Assembly (NCBI RefSeq): GCF_963921235.1
Contig: NC_086097.1
Coordinates: 40,302,001 to 40,366,000 of the forward strand
Direction: 5' to 3'
Length of the DNA stretch: 64,000 bases
Origin: Mobula hypostoma
Taxonomy: Eukaryota
Within the stretch, counting starts at the first letter, position 1, and each line of letters starts with the position of its first letter. Of the stretch, positions 61,618 to 64,000 are shown piece after piece. The translations under genes and the position numbers were made by a program. The notes below the pieces were generated by a model, which was not told the origin of the DNA, made no database searches, and worked only from the letters and a program-made list of their open reading frames with translations.

Positions 61618-62831
61618 GAAAGTAAACCCAGAGCCCGACTTAGAGCCTACACCTAGTAAGAGGACTCTGCAGAAACGCGGAGCGACTGCAGGGCCCCCAA
61701 CAGGCGAGGTTAGGCCGGCCCCCACCCCTGAGAGGAATACTGATTCAGAGGATGAGGACCTAGATGTGTGGTATATACTGCCTTTCACTAACTCCCTAGT
61801 GAATGAGGAAGAGACTCCCGACCCTTCTCCCGCTGAGTCAGGTGAAGTGGGTGGGGGGTATCTGCGGGCAGCCTGGGTTACAGCAGGACCCTGAAGGAGA
61901 GGAAGCAGGGCCTGCACATGGGACAGGGGCTCTGAGTTGCAGGGGTGCACAGGTGACAGGTCGGGGGAGGACTCGCCAGGTAGACCAGAAGTATCCCCAG
62001 TAGTGTCTGAGCCAGAAGAGTTAGGTGAGGAGGTACAGAGGTCTCAGAGAATTAGGAGACCACCGGATAGGTTGGCCTATGTAGCACCAGAGGAACAGGG
62101 CGTGATAGCTACCATTTCGGGGAGCTATGTCACTGCCTTTTGCATCTGGATCGGGCTTTGTGTTTTGCAGGAATGGTTGGCGAATTATCTCAACATCATG
62201 AGGACATGACTAAATTTGGTGCGGGGAAAGTGTAACGCGCTGTAATGGCTTCTCTGTAATGTTTCACTGCTAAGGCTAATGAAATGGCTTCTCTGTAATG
62301 TTCACTGCTGAGGTAACGGTTTCTCTGTAGCAGCAATGTTTGGGTTAATGCTGGAGATAACAGGACTATGGTTATGCATGTTAGCCAATCAGAGATTTTG
62401 TTGCTCTGTCTTGTGAATCTGGAAGTAGATTTTTCCTGGAGAGAGATGAGGAGAGAAGACGCGAATGGGGAGATTTGGTAGACCGCCAAACAGGGTGGAC
62501 TTGGAGCGAGGGTCCGAAGGGCAGTGATGATCGGAGGAGGTCGATAGTGAACAATCGACTTATCAGTGAGCTCCAACTTTGCGCAACAGACTGTTTAATA
62601 AGATTGGGCCCTTTTTTTCTTTTATTTTGTTCCTCTGCTAACCATATAGTCAAAGTAAGAATTATAAAGCTTAATCATTTAATTGCATATTGTGTACTGT
62701 TTGTTATTTCAGGGTACTGATTTGTAACAGGGGACACATCGCGCAGCATCCACCCAAATGAGATTCCTTAAGTTTGGCTGGGCCGGGGCTATCACCCCCT
62801 ATATTAAGCCGCTAGCCGAAGCAAGAGTTAC

Positions 62832-62832
<1 letters not shown>
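61618..62832 (+). mobile_element. Gypsy 3' remnant: pol C-terminal tail, PPT and 602-bp LTR (62231-62832)
   Basis: QRSQRIRRPPDRLAY motif, PPT gcggggaaag, TGTAAC...GTTACA termini, followed by (CA)n. Confidence 0.8.
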
Positions 62833-62863
<31 letters not shown>

Positions 62864-63267
62864 GTACTGCAATTCACAGTTTTTTTCTCTATTATCATGC
62901 ATTGCATTGTACTGCTTCTGCAAAGTCAACAAATTTCATGACTTATGCTGGAGATATTAAACTTGATTCTGATTCTGAGAAGTGAAAAAGGAAATATGAC
63001 AGGCAAGGAGACAGCATGCAGAAAAACTGGTAGTGAGCAAAACAACAGAATCACAAACACCCACTATATAGATAGAGGAACAGCAAGAGGAGAAAGATCA
63101 GAGGCCAAAAAGAATGCCAACTCTTAGATTCAGGGGGATCTAGTGAGGGCGAAGCTTGCGGGTTAATTCTCTGCCTTTAGAGTCAATATTGAGACCACTG
63201 GGCTTGGAATGGATCTGGTTGGTTTGTAATGAAGAACAGATAAATTCAGTCTGTTATATAGCCTCCT

Positions 63268-63512
63268 AAATACTAGAGATACTGCAGATGCTGGAAACCC
63301 AGAGCAGCATGTGCAAAACACTGGAGTAACTCAGCAGGTCAGGCAGCATCTATGGAAATGAATAAACAGTCAATGTTTTGGGCCGAAACCCTTCATCAAG
63401 ACTCATCACCTTCCTGATGAAGGGTTGAGACCTCAAACATTGACTGTTTATTTATTTCCATTGATGCTGCCTGGCCTGCTGAATCTTTGAGCATTTTGTC
63501 TGCGTTGCTCTG
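63268..63512. mobile_element. Penelope mini-element pair in inverted orientation (back-to-back decayed hammerheads)
   Basis: Arms ~63301-63400 and ~63412-63512; degenerate TSD tatatagcctcct / tagatggccttct. Confidence 0.8.
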
Positions 63513-64000
63513 TAGATGGCCTTCTGTTTTGTTATAACTATACTAAGATACATTAATTCAGCTAGCAGGACAAAATCTGTTAACTATAGTAAGTGGTTAT
63601 GATCCAGAATGCATTGTCTGAAAACGAGATGGCTGAAGCCTGAAAAAGCTTTCAAAATAGATATACAAGGAAGCAGAAGAGGATTAATGTCGGCTTATGG
63701 AGAACATCGGTTGAATGGGACTCACTAGATTTCCCTGTTATAAGCAGAAAAAGACTGTGAGTAAAATTACTTTTTTAATGCTATAATGATTTTATAATTC
63801 CACTGATGCTAATCTTACTACACACAGGAGGCTGCAGGTGTATTGCTCTGAAAAAGTTTCAAAAGGATTCCATTACACAGAGATGTGGAACATCTGGTAG
63901 CAATTAAGGGTGCAGTTGATCTATTTGGATGATTTCCCGAAATATTTTTTTTCATTGTTAATTCTGGAAAGACCACAGTAACTAAGAGTTCGATCGATCA

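Overview
Eukaryotic, repeat-dominated vertebrate DNA with no recognisable host protein-coding exon. The repeat set (CR1 LINEs, HE1/V-SINE-like SINEs, abundant Penelope-like elements, Rex1/Babar, RTE, Nimb) suggests an intronic or intergenic region of a cartilaginous fish, probably a ray; this is an inference. Every long ORF is transposon-derived and disrupted. Main contents: a decayed Ty3/Gypsy provirus with 94-bp LTRs, a tRNA-Leu primer-binding site and a CR1 inserted 6 bp inside its 5' LTR (8237-13934); a young CR1 with few lesions (28047-30781); solo and truncated LTRs; a mariner-type MITE; and over a dozen Penelope-like insertions. The Penelope-like copies are the most interesting layer. 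They carry minimal type-I hammerhead ribozyme motifs (CUGANGA...GAAA-CG-UC) and have 11-21 bp target-site duplications (TSDs). Several are inverted-repeat hairpins with arms up to about 510 bp, and some are non-coding mini-elements of 56-140 bp, many starting at the ribozyme 5' edge. Family names come from recognising motifs by eye, not from database searches. Boundaries without TSDs are approximate.
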